NCBI GenBank assembly: GCA_043228905.1 | Contig: JBHGNT010000009.1 | Location: forward strand, 10,168,001-10,232,000 | DNA: 64,000 nt | Source: Azolla caroliniana | Taxonomy: Eukaryota; Plantae; Polypodiophyta | Direction: 5' to 3' | Shown: piece by piece, positions 22,567 through 35,176 of the stretch | Layout of the letters: the number at the start of each line of letters is the position of its first letter | Position numbering within the stretch: the first letter of the stretch is position 1 | The notes under the pieces: model-generated | Databases searched by the model: none | What the model was told of the DNA's origin: nothing | The model's input: only the letters and a program-made list of their open reading frames with translations | Translations under genes and position numbers: made by a program

Positions 22567-25500
22567 CTATTCACGTTCATCCGAAGCTTCCTCTGATTCT
22601 CCCCTTAATTTGACTATGAGTTTTAATCCACTTTCTTCGCTTTCTGCGTCACCACGATCTTCATCCGATTGCTCCTTCTGGTCGGTCTTGTCTAGGATCA
22701 CATAGGGTTCTTCATCAGTCTGCTTCTTGAAAATCTTCACCCGTTTCCCGGCTATAGGCACTCGTAGCATTGTTCCATCCAACTCGCATAGTTGGTAAGT
22801 TCCGTTGTCGAAAACTTTCCGAACCTCGTATGGCCCGAACCACCTTTTCGCGAACTTCCGCATCGTTGTATGTTGATGATCCAAACTACTGTCGTAGACA
22901 ATCACCCAATCTCCTTCTACAATCTTCCGCGGTCGTAGTCGGTGCTTTGTGTCGAACCGGCTTTTATTCCGGAATCGCGCTTCTTGTTGTCGGCGTATTG
23001 CTTCCGCTATGTCTTCTGGTCTTCCCTCCAGTTGTCGTATCCGGCCCGCTAGTAGTTCTTCCCGGCTCATCTCTTCTTTCCACGGTAACACTGTCCATGT
23101 CGTGATCGCGGTTTCCGTTGGCATTACTAGTGCTTGTTCGGTCATGAGTTCTGCTGGCATGTAACCGGTTACGGAGCTATGCATCGTCGATCCGCCCATA
23201 GTGCATACGGAAGCATCTACGACCAATCCTTCACCCTTCCATTGCATGCCTTTGCAAGTGCTTTGACAATTGGACTATGTCCTCGTTCGATCTTCCCGTT
23301 GGCTTCTAGATTGTATGCCGTTGTCAGTGTTAACCGAACTCCATGCTTAGTGAAGAATTCCTTAGCTTTATCAGAGTCGAGTTCTCCCCAATCCGCAATC
23401 ACTTGTCCTACGCACCCGTACCTGCAAAACACTTCTTCCAATAGGAATTGGCATACCTTAGAACACGTTTTCCTCCGTAGCGCCCGACCTTCTACTTGGT
23501 TTGTGAGATCTTCCCGAGCTAACACCAAGTACTTCTTTTGTCCGATCCCGGTTGGCATGGCTACAATATCGACCATCGATTTGAACTTGATTGTTGGTGA
23601 GAATGTTCGATGTAGCTCATCTCAGTGTCAAACTCCGGAGTAGATTTGACTTTTCTCGCAGCTTTCCGTGAACTCCACTATATCTTTGTACATGTTCTTC
23701 CACCAATATATTTGTTTGATCTTCCCAAATGTTGTCCATGTTCCCCGATGTCCAGCCCAATCAGATTCGTGAAATTCGGACATTACCTGGTTTCGTTGCT
23801 CTTTTGTCCCGACTACTCGAAGTGGTATGCCACCCAGACTTTTCGGCTCCCTCCATAAAAATCCATTTTTCAAGAGAAACTTTCGGACTTGCCATTTCTT
23901 ACTTCGGATCTCGGCTCTCTTCTCTTTATTGTACGATGATTCCTCGATTTCTCGTAGCATTTTCCCGATCAACAAGCTTTCTCCTTCGTATTCTTCTTCC
24001 CGGAATTCTTGGATTACGTCCACCCGGCATATGTGCTCCGAAGCAAAGTAGTCTTCGGAAACTTCTTCATTATCAGATTTGGTTATGTCATCTCTGAACC
24101 GCGCCCTTGATAGCATATCCGCTACAGCATTGTCTTTTCCGGAGATGTGTCTTACCTACGGATTAAGTGACTTAACATATGCAATCCATCTTAGCATAGA
24201 CACATTCGGTATCGTGCAACACCGCATCATCCCGAGTATAGGAAGACAATCCGTTTCGATCATGACTTCGGCTCCGATCAAATAATCTCGATCCGATTTG
24301 ATTGCCGACACGAATCCCCATAATTCTCTTTTAACTTGTGCATATCCGCGTTGCCTTTTGTTGAGAACCTTTGCTCTGAATCGGATCGGATATCGCGAAC
24401 CTTCCGGATCGGCTTGATTGATGACCCATCTGATTCCGGTTGGACTTGTGTCAACCATTACTATGATCTGTTGGTCATAGTTCGGCTTCTTTAGTGCTTC
24501 TGCCCTCCATAGTGATTTCTTGAGCTTCTTCACGGCTTTGGTATGCTCCGGTTTCCATTCAAACTTCTTACCCTTCTGCAACAAGTGATAGAGTGGGTCC
24601 GCTATATGTGCATAGTGCAAAATCCATATCTGGTAGAATGCACATGCTCCAAGAAACCTTCGATCTTCGAATTGTGACTCGCATACTTCTTTCATAGCTT
24701 GAATCGCGTCGATCTTGGTTGGTGACGGTCTTCGGCCGTAGGGCCCACATAGATGTCCGACTACCAATATTTCTTCTTGTCCGAATGCCGATTTCTCTCT
24801 GGAAAGTGTTAGATGCACATCGTCTAACTTCCGTAACACTTTCTCACAATCACGGATATGGTTGACTAAAAACCTTCGGCATCCCCGTTCATCCATAGCT
24901 TCATCTTTTTCTTCCACCGCACACCCTTTCATCGGAATGTAATCTAGGAACGGCATCGTTATCTCCGGTATGCAATCCCGGAGCACCTTGTTCATCGCAT
25001 TCATCATATGTGCGACTGAGTTTGTTGCGCCTTGTGGTAGCGTACACATCCGGACTAATCCTATCAGTGTCCGCATGGTAGTGATGTCTCGGCTCTCCAT
25101 AGCTAGTTGGAATTGGTCATATCCGGAATATAGGTCTCCGATGGAGTATATCGCGCGACCGGCAAATGCTTCCGCAAATTCGTCCACTATCGGACCGACT
25201 CCGGAGTTCCGGATCGTGACCTTGTTCACTGGTTGCAAATCTTGAATAAATCAAAGTGACCCATTCTTCTTCGGAACCGTAAACCATCTATTTGAGTACG
25301 GAGCATTTGATGGCTCTAGAATCCCCATCGCCCTCTTCTCCTTGAGCAAGTCGATGATTTTCGGAATATGCGCCCGTGGCACTGGAATCGGCTTCAGGTT
25401 CCACGGCACATGGTGAATTGTGAAGATCACCATTGGCTCCACTATCTTCGGGTCAACGCATCCTATTTCTTTCAATGTAAATGCAAATGCTCTCCCATGT

Positions 25501-26108
25501 CGCTCTAGCATCCCACGGAATCGTTCTTCTTCATTCTTTAATAGGAACTCACCTACACTATTCCGAAGTTTCTTCCGGGTCTCATCCGTGAAGGCATGTC
25601 CGATATCCATGGACTTCCGAAGTGTCGGATCCCCCGAGACTTCTTTCCTCTTTTGTTCGCTATCTACGGGTAACGGTCCCACGGCCAGTTTCACTTTCTT
25701 CTCCACGGTCTTGTATTTCGTACTTACCATTGCTTCTTATTTGCGGAGCGCATCCAGCCCCATTTTCACAATGATCTCGTACATCTCGACCGACTCCACC
25801 GGAATTACCCGGTTTCCCTGGCTTGTATCTTCCGCGAGCTCTTCAAGCGGTTGTAGTGTGCTCCCATAGAACACCTCTTCGACTATTCCCACGATTTCTT
25901 CGTCTTCTTTTAATATTGATGCTGACCGTAACTTATCCTCCACTTTTCGGTATTCTTTCTTCATTCCTCCGGTTACGGCCGTGTATGTGGATGCCCCATC
26001 CGGACCGATTCGTACTTGTTTTGCACCGAGAGGTTTCTTCCTGTGTGGGGTATCAGGGCTTCTCGGACTATCACTTCCCCACTCCGCAACAATCCGCTCT
26101 AAAAATCC
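22567..26108 (-). pseudogene. Gypsy B pol (RT-RH-INT)
   Basis: ORFs starting at 25964, 25730, 25238, 24116 and 23576 share one frame, -1 relative to gag-PR; DLYSGYDQF, HESDWAGH...CEK, DWGELD, WFGPY. Confidence 0.93.
26045..26108 (-). promoter_or_regulatory. Putative -1 ribosomal frameshift signal (GGATTTT plus H-type pseudoknot)
   Basis: Heptamer 26108-26102, stem 1 26096-26086/26074-26064 (11 bp including GU), stem 2 26082-26077/26050-26045. Confidence 0.82.
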
Positions 26109-28159
26109 ATTATTGTTTGGGACAAGATCTCTCTCTTGTTCCTTTCATGATTTGCCGGCATTGTTAGGAATTGGACGGATTTCCCTTCGTTTTGGTTCCG
26201 AATTCGCGCAAAAGCTGCACCGCTATCGAGCACCTTCGTCTCCATCCGTGATGCCATGATAAAAGGTTTCCCGAGGATCACGGAGTGTGAGAACTCTTCT
26301 TGTACGAAGAAATTTTGGTCGATCTCGACATCCCCGATCTTCACCGTCACATCCGGGCAAGCCGCAAATAGATCTTCTGTTGCTTTAGTGGCCGCCCGGA
26401 TCTTCCACCCATGATTCGTGTTAATAGGCCACTTACCCTTCCAGTAGAATTCCTTGGACATCAAGTTGATCTCCGATCTGTGATCAATTAATGCTACCAC
26501 GGGTTCTTTGATGTTACCGATTCGGACCGGAGTCTCCGTAGTTGCACGTGCCCAGTGTAGCTTTCTGTAGTGAGAATTCGGTATTTCGTCCTCCAGTTCG
26601 GTGTCATTCATTAGAACGGTATTTGCATTCACCCTTGGAGCGTTCTCCTCCGTACTTTGCCTTTTTCTCTTCACGAGATCCACAAGAAGATCGTGGAACT
26701 CCTTCGCTATTCTGAGTAATTCTTGAAGCAAAAAATCTACCCGGCTATCGAGGATTCTCTCCTCGAACACCTTTTTCAAGTTCGTTTATTGTTCGATGTC
26801 CAAGGCGAGCTTGAATGCCGGAATCATCTTTTCTTTTCCCTTACCTCCAGAGTTCTCGCTTCCCGGTGTCTTTGATGGACAGGCAGCCTCATCTGTGCGT
26901 TGTCGCTTCTCATCTACATACACTTCATGCAATTGGCATAAAGCAAACACGCTATTCTTATCGACGGGGCACTCCAATCCCGTAGCTTCCCAGATGCCTT
27001 CCGCGGTGCTTCGGATCTCGTTAGAGTGGGTTTTCTTGGTGTTTTCTAGCATTTCCGGCCAAAAAGACACCTTTGCTCCCGATGACTCCCCGACACGTAT
27101 TCCCGCGGTTGTCGCGTAATTGTTCTTCGCCGCTATTTCCTCCTCTAGGACCTTCTTCATGCCACATTTTCAGAAGTTCGGTCGGAGCGGCTTCCAAGAG
27201 TCCATCGAATGAATCTGATTTCCCTCGTAGTAGATAAGATCCTGTCGTAGCGCTACCTTGTGCTTGTCGCAATCCCTCCAATCATGTTCGGTGCTATCGC
27301 ACCATATGCATCGACGGTCTATATACTTGGAACTTGTGGAACGATCATCCAACTTCTTCACCATCACGATTTTTAGATTCTCCATCTTCTTCAACAACTG
27401 CTCCACCGTAGTTGCGTCGATTCCCTTCTCAGTTGTAATTTCTCGAGCCCGCGGTTGATGGTCTTCCAATCCGGATCTCAGTTTCCGAATCGGTTCCAAA
27501 ACCCTCTTTTCTTCGTTGGCAAGCCATTGCCCCCTCTTTGTGTATCGCGCGACAATATTCCGCACGCTTTCCCATGTTTCGGTGAGGTCGCTCTCGGTAG
27601 TCGTGTCCTCTAGAAGCACTCCAAGATCCTTCCGGTCTCGGACGTCTACGGATCGTAAGAACATTATAACTTTGTCCGGTGCGAGAATAGCTTGATCTCT
27701 CGCAAACAACCTCCCGAACAGACTTTCGAATGACGAAAACACATCGAGGACCTTCATCCCCTTGTCCGGCATTTCTACCCAATCCTCGAATCCTCTCTGC
27801 GTTGCCTTGGAGGAGTCCTCGATAGCGAACGAGGTCTTTAGCGCCTCTTCAAACGCTTCCCACGTCGGATTTTGTTGACGTAGCCCGTGGATACTTGCTT
27901 GAAGCCCGTCGGTAGCCACCCGGTTGAAGGATGCCACTTGCAGCCCTTCCGAAATCCCGCACCATAGCATTTTCGCCTTGTAGTCCCGAGGATAGCGTGA
28001 TACGTCCTTTCCGTTGAATTGCCCGATCCGTTGCACGAGCCGCTCTACTGCCGCCGCTATCTCCGACATCGCATGTTGTTCCTCAAGCATCCGCTCGAAC
28101 ATCATCATCATGTTGTTAGCCTCCGGTTGATTTTCCATCTCCTTGCCACCCGTGTTCAC
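26099..28159 (-). pseudogene. Gypsy B gag-protease ORF (two premature stops)
   Basis: Three ORFs in one frame; FNGKDVSRY, CIWCDSTEHDWRDC, ALIDHRSEINLM; ends GAT TTT TAG. Confidence 0.92.
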
Positions 28160-28176
28160 GTCGGATTCACCACTTG

Positions 28177-29071
28177 TGTCGTGCCTTTCGGCTCCGGATC
28201 GTTGCGTGAGTCGGGTGGGAACCGTTGGGGTTTTGGACTAGGAGGAAAGAAAATTCTAAGGCAATTAAGAATATGAAATATATTGTAAGAAAGAAATATA
28301 TGAAAAACTCGTGAATCCCACGAGTATAGTGTATTAGTGAGTACTCAAATTAAGAGAGAAAAATAGTTAGCAAATTCGTGGATCCCATGATTATATTATA
28401 TTAATCAACCCTTGTAAAATAATCAACAACCTCCATACATCTTTCTCTCTTCCTTATATAGTGTTGGAAGAGTCTAAGTTTATCACATGCCAACATCATG
28501 CTTTTCCTATCTTTAGTTTTCATGCACATTGCATGTGCATGATTAGCTTTCTATCTCATCTTTTCTTTTAACTCGAGTGTCTATGCATGAATAACTTTTT
28601 GTACCATGCATGTCTAGAAATTTTATATGGGATAAAGTTTAGTATAACTTTAAAATTCATAATACACTGGTATAATGATAAGGCTTAACATTATTAACAT
28701 GGAGGTGTAAGGTTCAAATCTTGCCCTATGCATGTAATATATATATTTTGATACTTTCTTCTATTTACAAATATGTCTCTTCATCCGGTGAGAGACTCTC
28801 ACCGGCCTTCTTCATCCGGCTCTTTCCAATTCTCCTTCATCCGGTGCTTGCTAGTTTTCTTTGTCCGGTTCTTACCGGGACCTCCTTACCGATCTCTACG
28901 TCCGTTTCTCACCGACTCTCACCGGCCTTCTTCATCCGGCTCTTGCCGGGTCTCCTTACCGGTTTCAATTCTTACCGGTTCCTTCTTCTGGTTCTCACCG
29001 GGTACTCGATGCCCTATCCGGAGAGACCAAAAATGTAATTTTTCACGTAGTGTGCGAATTACACTACGACA
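28177..29071 (-). repeat. 5' LTR of gypsy B
   Basis: TGTCGTAG...CACGACA, then 4 nt and the Trp PBS. Confidence 0.95.
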
Positions 29072-29282
29072 CCGTAATTGCACTCGCAGCGGCGAAAAGG
29101 GTGGCACCTACATCATATGGATGTGAAGAACGCCTTTCTTCAAGGCGAATTAGAAGAGGAGGTATACATGGTACAACCTCCCAGCTTTGAATCACGCATT
29201 CATCCGAGATTCATGTGCCAACTCAAGAAGCCACTCTATAGCCTCAAGCAAGCATCGCGTGCTTGGCATTCGAAGACTACGC

Positions 29283-29662
29283 TATCACGAAGTTTCGCGC
29301 TTGCGTATAGAAGGGGGAGGGATCACGGGGGTCTTGGACTAGGGAGTGACGGAGCGTAGGAAGCCGACTTCTCTCCGATCTCGGCTGCGCTGGTGGTAGT
29401 GCGAACCGGAGCAATTCCGGACACATACGGGGTGGCTACCAAACGCGAGAGAGGAAGAGAGGGCGAGAACATGCGCACAACACCGACACAACGCACACCT
29501 CTTATGTACAGGAAACACAAGGAAGGGAAAGCACCCGACACCGAGAGAGACACGAATATGCACAACCCTGTATATATATATATGATTACAAGAGTGACTT
29601 ACAACTGCTACTCCGACTCGGACTAAGGTAGGCTAGGTCGCAACGGCAGTCTGCCACCAAGC
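29283..29662 (-). mobile_element. Family A-related LTR 3' end running into the assembly gap
   Basis: TATCACGAAGTTTCGCG...CACGGGGGTCTTGGAC resembles the reverse complement of the family A LTR end; flank ACGC. Confidence 0.7.
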
Positions 29663-29762
29663 NNNNNNNNNNNNNNNNNNNNNNNNNNNNNNNNNNNNNN
29701 NNNNNNNNNNNNNNNNNNNNNNNNNNNNNNNNNNNNNNNNNNNNNNNNNNNNNNNNNNNNNN
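29663..29762. other. Assembly gap (100 N)
   Basis: Run of N; exactly 100 suggests a placeholder of unknown true size. Confidence 0.99.
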
Positions 29763-30140
29763 ACACACACACATATTCATACATACACTAAATAGTATGT
29801 ATATACATACATTAATTATTTACATAGATATTATGCTCACATTTTGCAATCACACATCCAGATACATTGAATCATGTACATTGATATATGCATATATGCA
29901 TACATATACATACATACCATATGCATATATGCATGCACATATGTACATTAGTACATGGACATACATATATTCATTTATACATTGCTACATATAGATACAC
30001 ATATATACATTATATATAATGCACATGTTATAATCACACATCCATGCACATTGAATCATGTACATTGACATATGCATATACACATACATACATATGCACA
30101 TACGAACACATGTACATCCGTATATGGAAATACATATATA
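29763..30140. repeat. Degenerate (TA/CA)n low-complexity tract
   Basis: TACATA-rich, with an internal ~45-bp repeat at ~29850 and ~30035. Confidence 0.85.
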
Positions 30141-31400
30141 CCATTTCTCATCGCAAACAGCTCCCGAGTCATGGCGAAGCTTCAGGTGTCGATCAAGAGG
30201 AGTGGAGACGGATTGACAATCCATAATGTTAAATTTATACAACATATTCAATACATAGTGTCGTTGAGTTAGAAATATGTCATTGGGGGTGTGGATCACT
30301 TCGATCCCGAGGAAGTAATGAAGGTCCCCTAAATCCTTCATTTCGAATGCATCCGACAATTGGGACTTTACTTGGCTAATTTCAGCAAGGTCGGGGCCAG
30401 TGACGACCAGGGCATCCACATATAGCAATATGCACATCGGATTGTTTCGACCTTTTCAGATGAACAAGGAAGAGCCGGATTTTGAGGCCTCAAACCCCAT
30501 CTTATGCAACTGTTCTGTGATTTTTGAGTTCCAAGCTCGTGGGGCTTGTTTGAGGCTGTAAAGAGACTTCTTTAGTCGGCATACTACCGACTTGTTTAAC
30601 TATGACTGAAAAATGAGGGGTTGGACCATAAATACCTATTCTTCAAGGTCGCCTTGAAAAAACCCATTATTGGCATCCATCTGATGAAGATGCCACCCCC
30701 TTGCCGCTGCAACCGCCAACACCACACAGATTGTCGTCATCTTCGCCACTAGTGCGAAGGTCTCGTCATTATCTATTGCGCGTATCCCTTGGCTACCAAT
30801 AGGGCCTTATACTAGTTGACCGAACCGTTGACATTATACTTCACTTTGTACACCCATTTACATCCGATCGATTTGCAATGTCGGAGAGGGTCAACCAAAT
30901 CCCATGTTTCGTTGACAGCTAGTGCCCGCATTTCTTCCTCCATGGACAATCACCATTTTGCATCTTGTGATGCCTCCGCAAAGCTTTCCAGCTCACGGAC
31001 TTCTGCCACTTTCGACATGTACGCATAGTGATGCGCCATGTACTCATTATATCCTTATCGGATCACCGGGTTCTCGTAGCGAGTCGATCGGCATAACTTC
31101 TAATTTGCTGATTTCAGGGCCCTATTGGCTGCATCTGACCTCAACTCTTAAGGTTCGTTTTCACTCTGGTTGGAGTCGGATTCTCCCTAATCTGATGCAC
31201 CTCTTTATGTGTTGTACTCCGACATCTTCATTTTCCCTTTCTCTTTGCACATATACCGCCTCCTCGGTTCCTTGCGCGGGGAGTGCAGGATCGAGTCTTC
31301 ACTACTCGCCGGCTCGTCAGTTTGCTGGTCGTCACAGTCTAGCTCCTCATTTGGCCCACTTAACCAGAATGAAATCAAACTCTCTTCTAGAGTATCTATT

Positions 31401-31456
31401 TCTTCTTCTTCTTCTTCTTCTTCTTCTTCTTCTTCTTCTTCTTCTTCTTCTTCTTC
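31401..31456. repeat. (CTT)n microsatellite
   Basis: About 18 perfect units; poly-Glu in the copia linker. Confidence 0.95.
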
Positions 31457-31535
31457 CTAGATCATGTCGACCTCATTGGCCTCATCCTCATTAATTGGAA
31501 TAGAGTCATTGGGGGTTGGAGACGGAAGAGAATAC

Positions 31536-34500
31536 TGTGAAAGTGTTTTTAGAATTCAAAGTATTGAACACTACAAGAATATAAGGTATGGAGCATTCAC
31601 ATCCGGAGGTCAAGAACACGAACCAAGGTCTTGAGGATAAGTCAAACAAAAAGCAAGACACGTGGAGAAAAGAAAAAGAAAAAGAAAAGCGAACCACCAA
31701 AACACTGTCTGAAATGAACGCTCATAACTCATTCGTTTAGATGCCAAATATTATGTTCAAATATAGGTTGGAAAGCTTCTAAAGAGAGTTATCCATAGTT
31801 TTTTAAATCTCTAACTTTGGAGCTCGGATGAGGGAGATATGATGATTAGAATATCGTTGTGGTTCAAATATAGGTTGGAAAGCTTCTAAAGAGAGTTATC
31901 CATAGTTTTTTAAATCTCTAACTTTGGAGCTCGGATGAGGGAGATATGATGATTAGAATATCGTTGTGTCATAGCTAAGAATAGGAGATGGAAAAGCTCT
32001 AAAAAAAGCGTGGAAAAGAAAGCAAGGGAAACTTATCTAGTAGAGGAGAACTTCATATAAAGCAAGAAGAGTAAGGTAGTGAAGGTGGAATCTCTTTCTT
32101 GTGGTGTTTTTCTTGCCTATTCATGTAGTGTGGTTGTGTTGTTATCCATATATCTTTGTAGACTTGGATTTATGTATCTTCTTTCTCCCTTCCTTCCATC
32201 ATGATTATTCATTATCAATAGATTTTTGTGGTTTTGGATCTATATATCTTCCTTCTCTCTTCTTTCTATCATCTCTCTATCATTTTTGGCGCTCCAAGGA
32301 GGGTCGATCCTTTCCGTATAACGGGAGGAACGGTTGTCCACTCATTGATGGTTGGATCTACCGATTCATCATCAAACTGATGGCAAGATATGGAGTTCGC
32401 GATGCGACAGATCTACGAAGAGAAGTTTTCCAATTGCGTATGGTTTCATCAATGTGCTACCTTGAGTATGAGAAGACGTTTTTGGATATATGGTTCACTT
32501 GGATTCGACTTGTTGGAGGTGTTGAAGATGTATACTTCAAGATGCAAAGATTCAAAGCAATGCTAGATCCATATTTTCAATATGAAGTGCATATGAAGTA
32601 CCCAAGGTCTTTCCATGATTTGCTTCGAGTATGTCAAAGTTATGATCAACAATTGAAGAAGTTGTTATTCGGTGAAGCATATGGAGTATCGACGTCATAT
32701 ACTATAAATCCAAGCTATAATAATTGTGGATCGGTCATGAGCCAACAACCAGCATACTTACAATGTCCGATTCAACAGGTTCCCTCATATCATTATTATA
32801 ATTTTTGGAGTTATAATGATGTCTATGAAGGTAATTCCAGGGACAAAGAAGAAGAGGTGATGAATGTGGAGTTCCCCCATATAGTTCATGAGGACAACCA
32901 TGATATAAAGAATGATGATGTGAAAGACGAATCCAAGGAGATTGTTATGAGAAGCGATGTTATGGATGGTAAAGCCAATGTATATCATGTTGAGGACATT
33001 ATTGATACAACAAGTGATATGGTGGTTGATGATGAATATGTGCAAGATGAAATGGAAGATATGACAGGAAAAGTTGTTGATGGTGAAGTACCCACAAGGG
33101 AGTTGCAAGATGAAGAAGGTAACCTGGAAGAGATAGTTGGAGATTGGCTTTTGGAGACCAATGTGTGTAAGGAAGCATTGGTAAGTGCCAAGTTGCAGTG
33201 TATGAAGGTGTTCGTGCAAGATTTGTGTTTTGGATTTGCATTGAGTAGCAACAAAGTTATGTGGGCATCAACTCTTCAACAACAATTTGATCAAGAACCA
33301 AGAGAATTACTTGTAATGCATGATTGGAGTATCATGAACTTATCACCATCAAAGGATCCACCACAACTAATCAAATGTATAAAGGAGAAGGAATCATCTA
33401 TCGACAATGGCAAGCAAGAAAAGGAAAGCATAACAATTGATGAATCTTTGTGGGATAGGGAAAACAAATCATTCCACATGGTGTCTAAGGAGGAAGAAGA
33501 AGTCATTGAAGAGAAAAGCATTATCACCTTGGAGAAGATGATTTCAAACTATATCCAAGGAGAAGTGCTTCTAAGGTTTAGTTCTTTTCTTTCTGAGTTT
33601 CCAAAATTACTTATAAATGTCTATTCATAGATAAAAGGAGAAGATCGCTTCAAAGACCTTATCAAGTTGAAGGTACCAATTGCCCAAACTCTTCAAGAAT
33701 CTAAGATTGTGCAAAAGAAAGATCATAAAGCATTATTACAAGAGAGTTTCATTTATCATATGGAGGATTTGAAGTTTGTCTCACTTATTGTTGTGGTTCC
33801 AAAGGAGAAAGACATAAACTTCCAACCCTTGAATGATTCAACCAAACAAGATCTATTTTTGCTTCCTTTTCGAGATGAGATTATAGATTAAATGGTCAAA
33901 CATACAAAACAAGGTAGTGTGGAGAATGTCATATGCCAAGAAGGAATTCATGTGGAATCAAAGATCAAAGTAATTCAAAAGGTGACAACTCCGACAAGTC
34001 TCAAAGCTTTGAAGGTGTTTGTGCAAAAGGTTCACTCGCTCAAAAGGTTTATTCATATGTTGACATGCTTACTTCTCTCAAGAGCTATGTATCGCATGAC
34101 CCTACTCATGTTTGGAGAGTTGACAAAGACATAGTAATTGTGGTAACCTCTTTCTTTGTGTTGACAAGGAGAAAGATGGCGATGGCAATTGTCAATGTGT
34201 GTGTGGGTGTGTGTCTAGGAGTGTGAAGTTTTTCCTACCGACTAGCGGGGGTTTTACTCACATAATTTGTTTTATTTATTCTCTCCTTCTTTGTCTATAG
34301 CCATGAATAAGGTGAAGGAGAATTTTTGGTTTTATTAGTAGTTTAGGGTTCACCAAAAATGGTTCACCAAGAAGCAAGGGGGAGGGCTAAATGTGAAAGT
34401 GTTTTTAGAATTCAAAGTATTGAACAGTACAAGAATATAAGGTATGGAGCATTCACATCTGGAGGTCAAGAACACGAACTAAGGTCTTGAGGATAAGTCA

Positions 34501-35176
34501 AACAAAAATGGTTCACCAAGAAGCAAGGGGGAGGGCTAAATGTGAAAGTGTTTTTAGAATTCAAAGTATTGAACACTACAAGAATATAAGGTATAGAGCA
34601 TTCACATCCGGAGGTCAAGAACACGAACCAAGGTCTTGAGGATAAGTCAAACAAAAAGCAAGACACGTGGAGAAAAGTAAAAGAAAAAAAAAGTGATCCA
34701 CCAAAACACAGTCTAAAACGAATGCTCATAACTCATTCATTTAGACGCCAAATATTATGTTCAAATATAGGTTGGAAAGTTGTAAAGAGAGCTATCCATA
34801 GTTGTTTAAATCTCTAACTTTGGAGCTCAGATGAGGGAGATATGACGATTAGAAGATCGTTGTGTCATAGCTAAGAATAGGAGATGGAAAAGCTCTAAAA
34901 AAAGCGTGGAAAAGAAAGCAAGGGAAATTTATCTAGTAGATGAGAACTTCATATGAAGCAAGAAGAGTAAGGTAGTGAAGGTGGAGTCTCTTTCTTGTGG
35001 TGTTTTTCTTGCCTATTCATGTAGTGTGGTTGTGTTGTTATCCATATATCTTTGTAGACTTGGATTTATGTATCTTCTTTCTCTTCCTTCCATCATGATT
35101 ATTCATTATCAATAGATCTTTGTGGTTTTGGATCTATATATCTTCCTTCTCTCTTCTTTCTATCATCTCTCTATCA
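31536..35176 (+). mobile_element. Non-autonomous gypsy-derived LTR element (3.64 kb) with a gag-like ORF and vestigial RT
   Basis: LTRs 31536-32282 and 34541-35176, TSD AATAC on both sides, PBS TGGCGCTCCAAGGAGGG at 32287, PPT AAGGGGGAGGG. Confidence 0.92.
32380..33630 (+). CDS. Gag-like protein with a long acidic region (~416 aa)
   Basis: Uninterrupted ORF after the PBS; QLRM...YLEYEKTF...KMQRFKAML...YPRSFHDLL resembles a retrotransposon capsid C-terminal domain. Confidence 0.6.
   Translation: MARYGVRDATDLRREVFQLRMVSSMCYLEYEKTFLDIWFTWIRLVGGVEDVYFKMQRFKAMLDPYFQYEVHMKYPRSFHDLLRVCQSYDQQLKKLLFGEAYGVSTSYTINPSYNNCGSVMSQQPAYLQCPIQQVPSYHYYNFWSYNDVYEGNSRDKEEEVMNVEFPHIVHEDNHDIKNDDVKDESKEIVMRSDVMDGKANVYHVEDIIDTTSDMVVDDEYVQDEMEDMTGKVVDGEVPTRELQDEEGNLEEIVGDWLLETNVCKEALVSAKLQCMKVFVQDLCFGFALSSNKVMWASTLQQQFDQEPRELLVMHDWSIMNLSPSKDPPQLIKCIKEKESSIDNGKQEKESITIDESLWDRENKSFHMVSKEEEEVIEEKSIITLEKMISNYIQGEVLLRFSSFLSEFPKLLINVYS

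Larger units (their letters stand above)
21617..29071 (-). mobile_element. Ty3/gypsy family B, full-length (7.45 kb), stop-codon decayed
   Basis: LTRs 28177-29071 and 21617-22510, TSD CCGT on both sides, Trp PBS 28155-28172, PPT 22511-22523. Confidence 0.96.

Noticed and set aside
30922-31494. 190-aa poly-Leu ORF and overlapping poly-Ser ORF
   Set aside because: Antisense reading of the copia linker across a (CTT)n microsatellite
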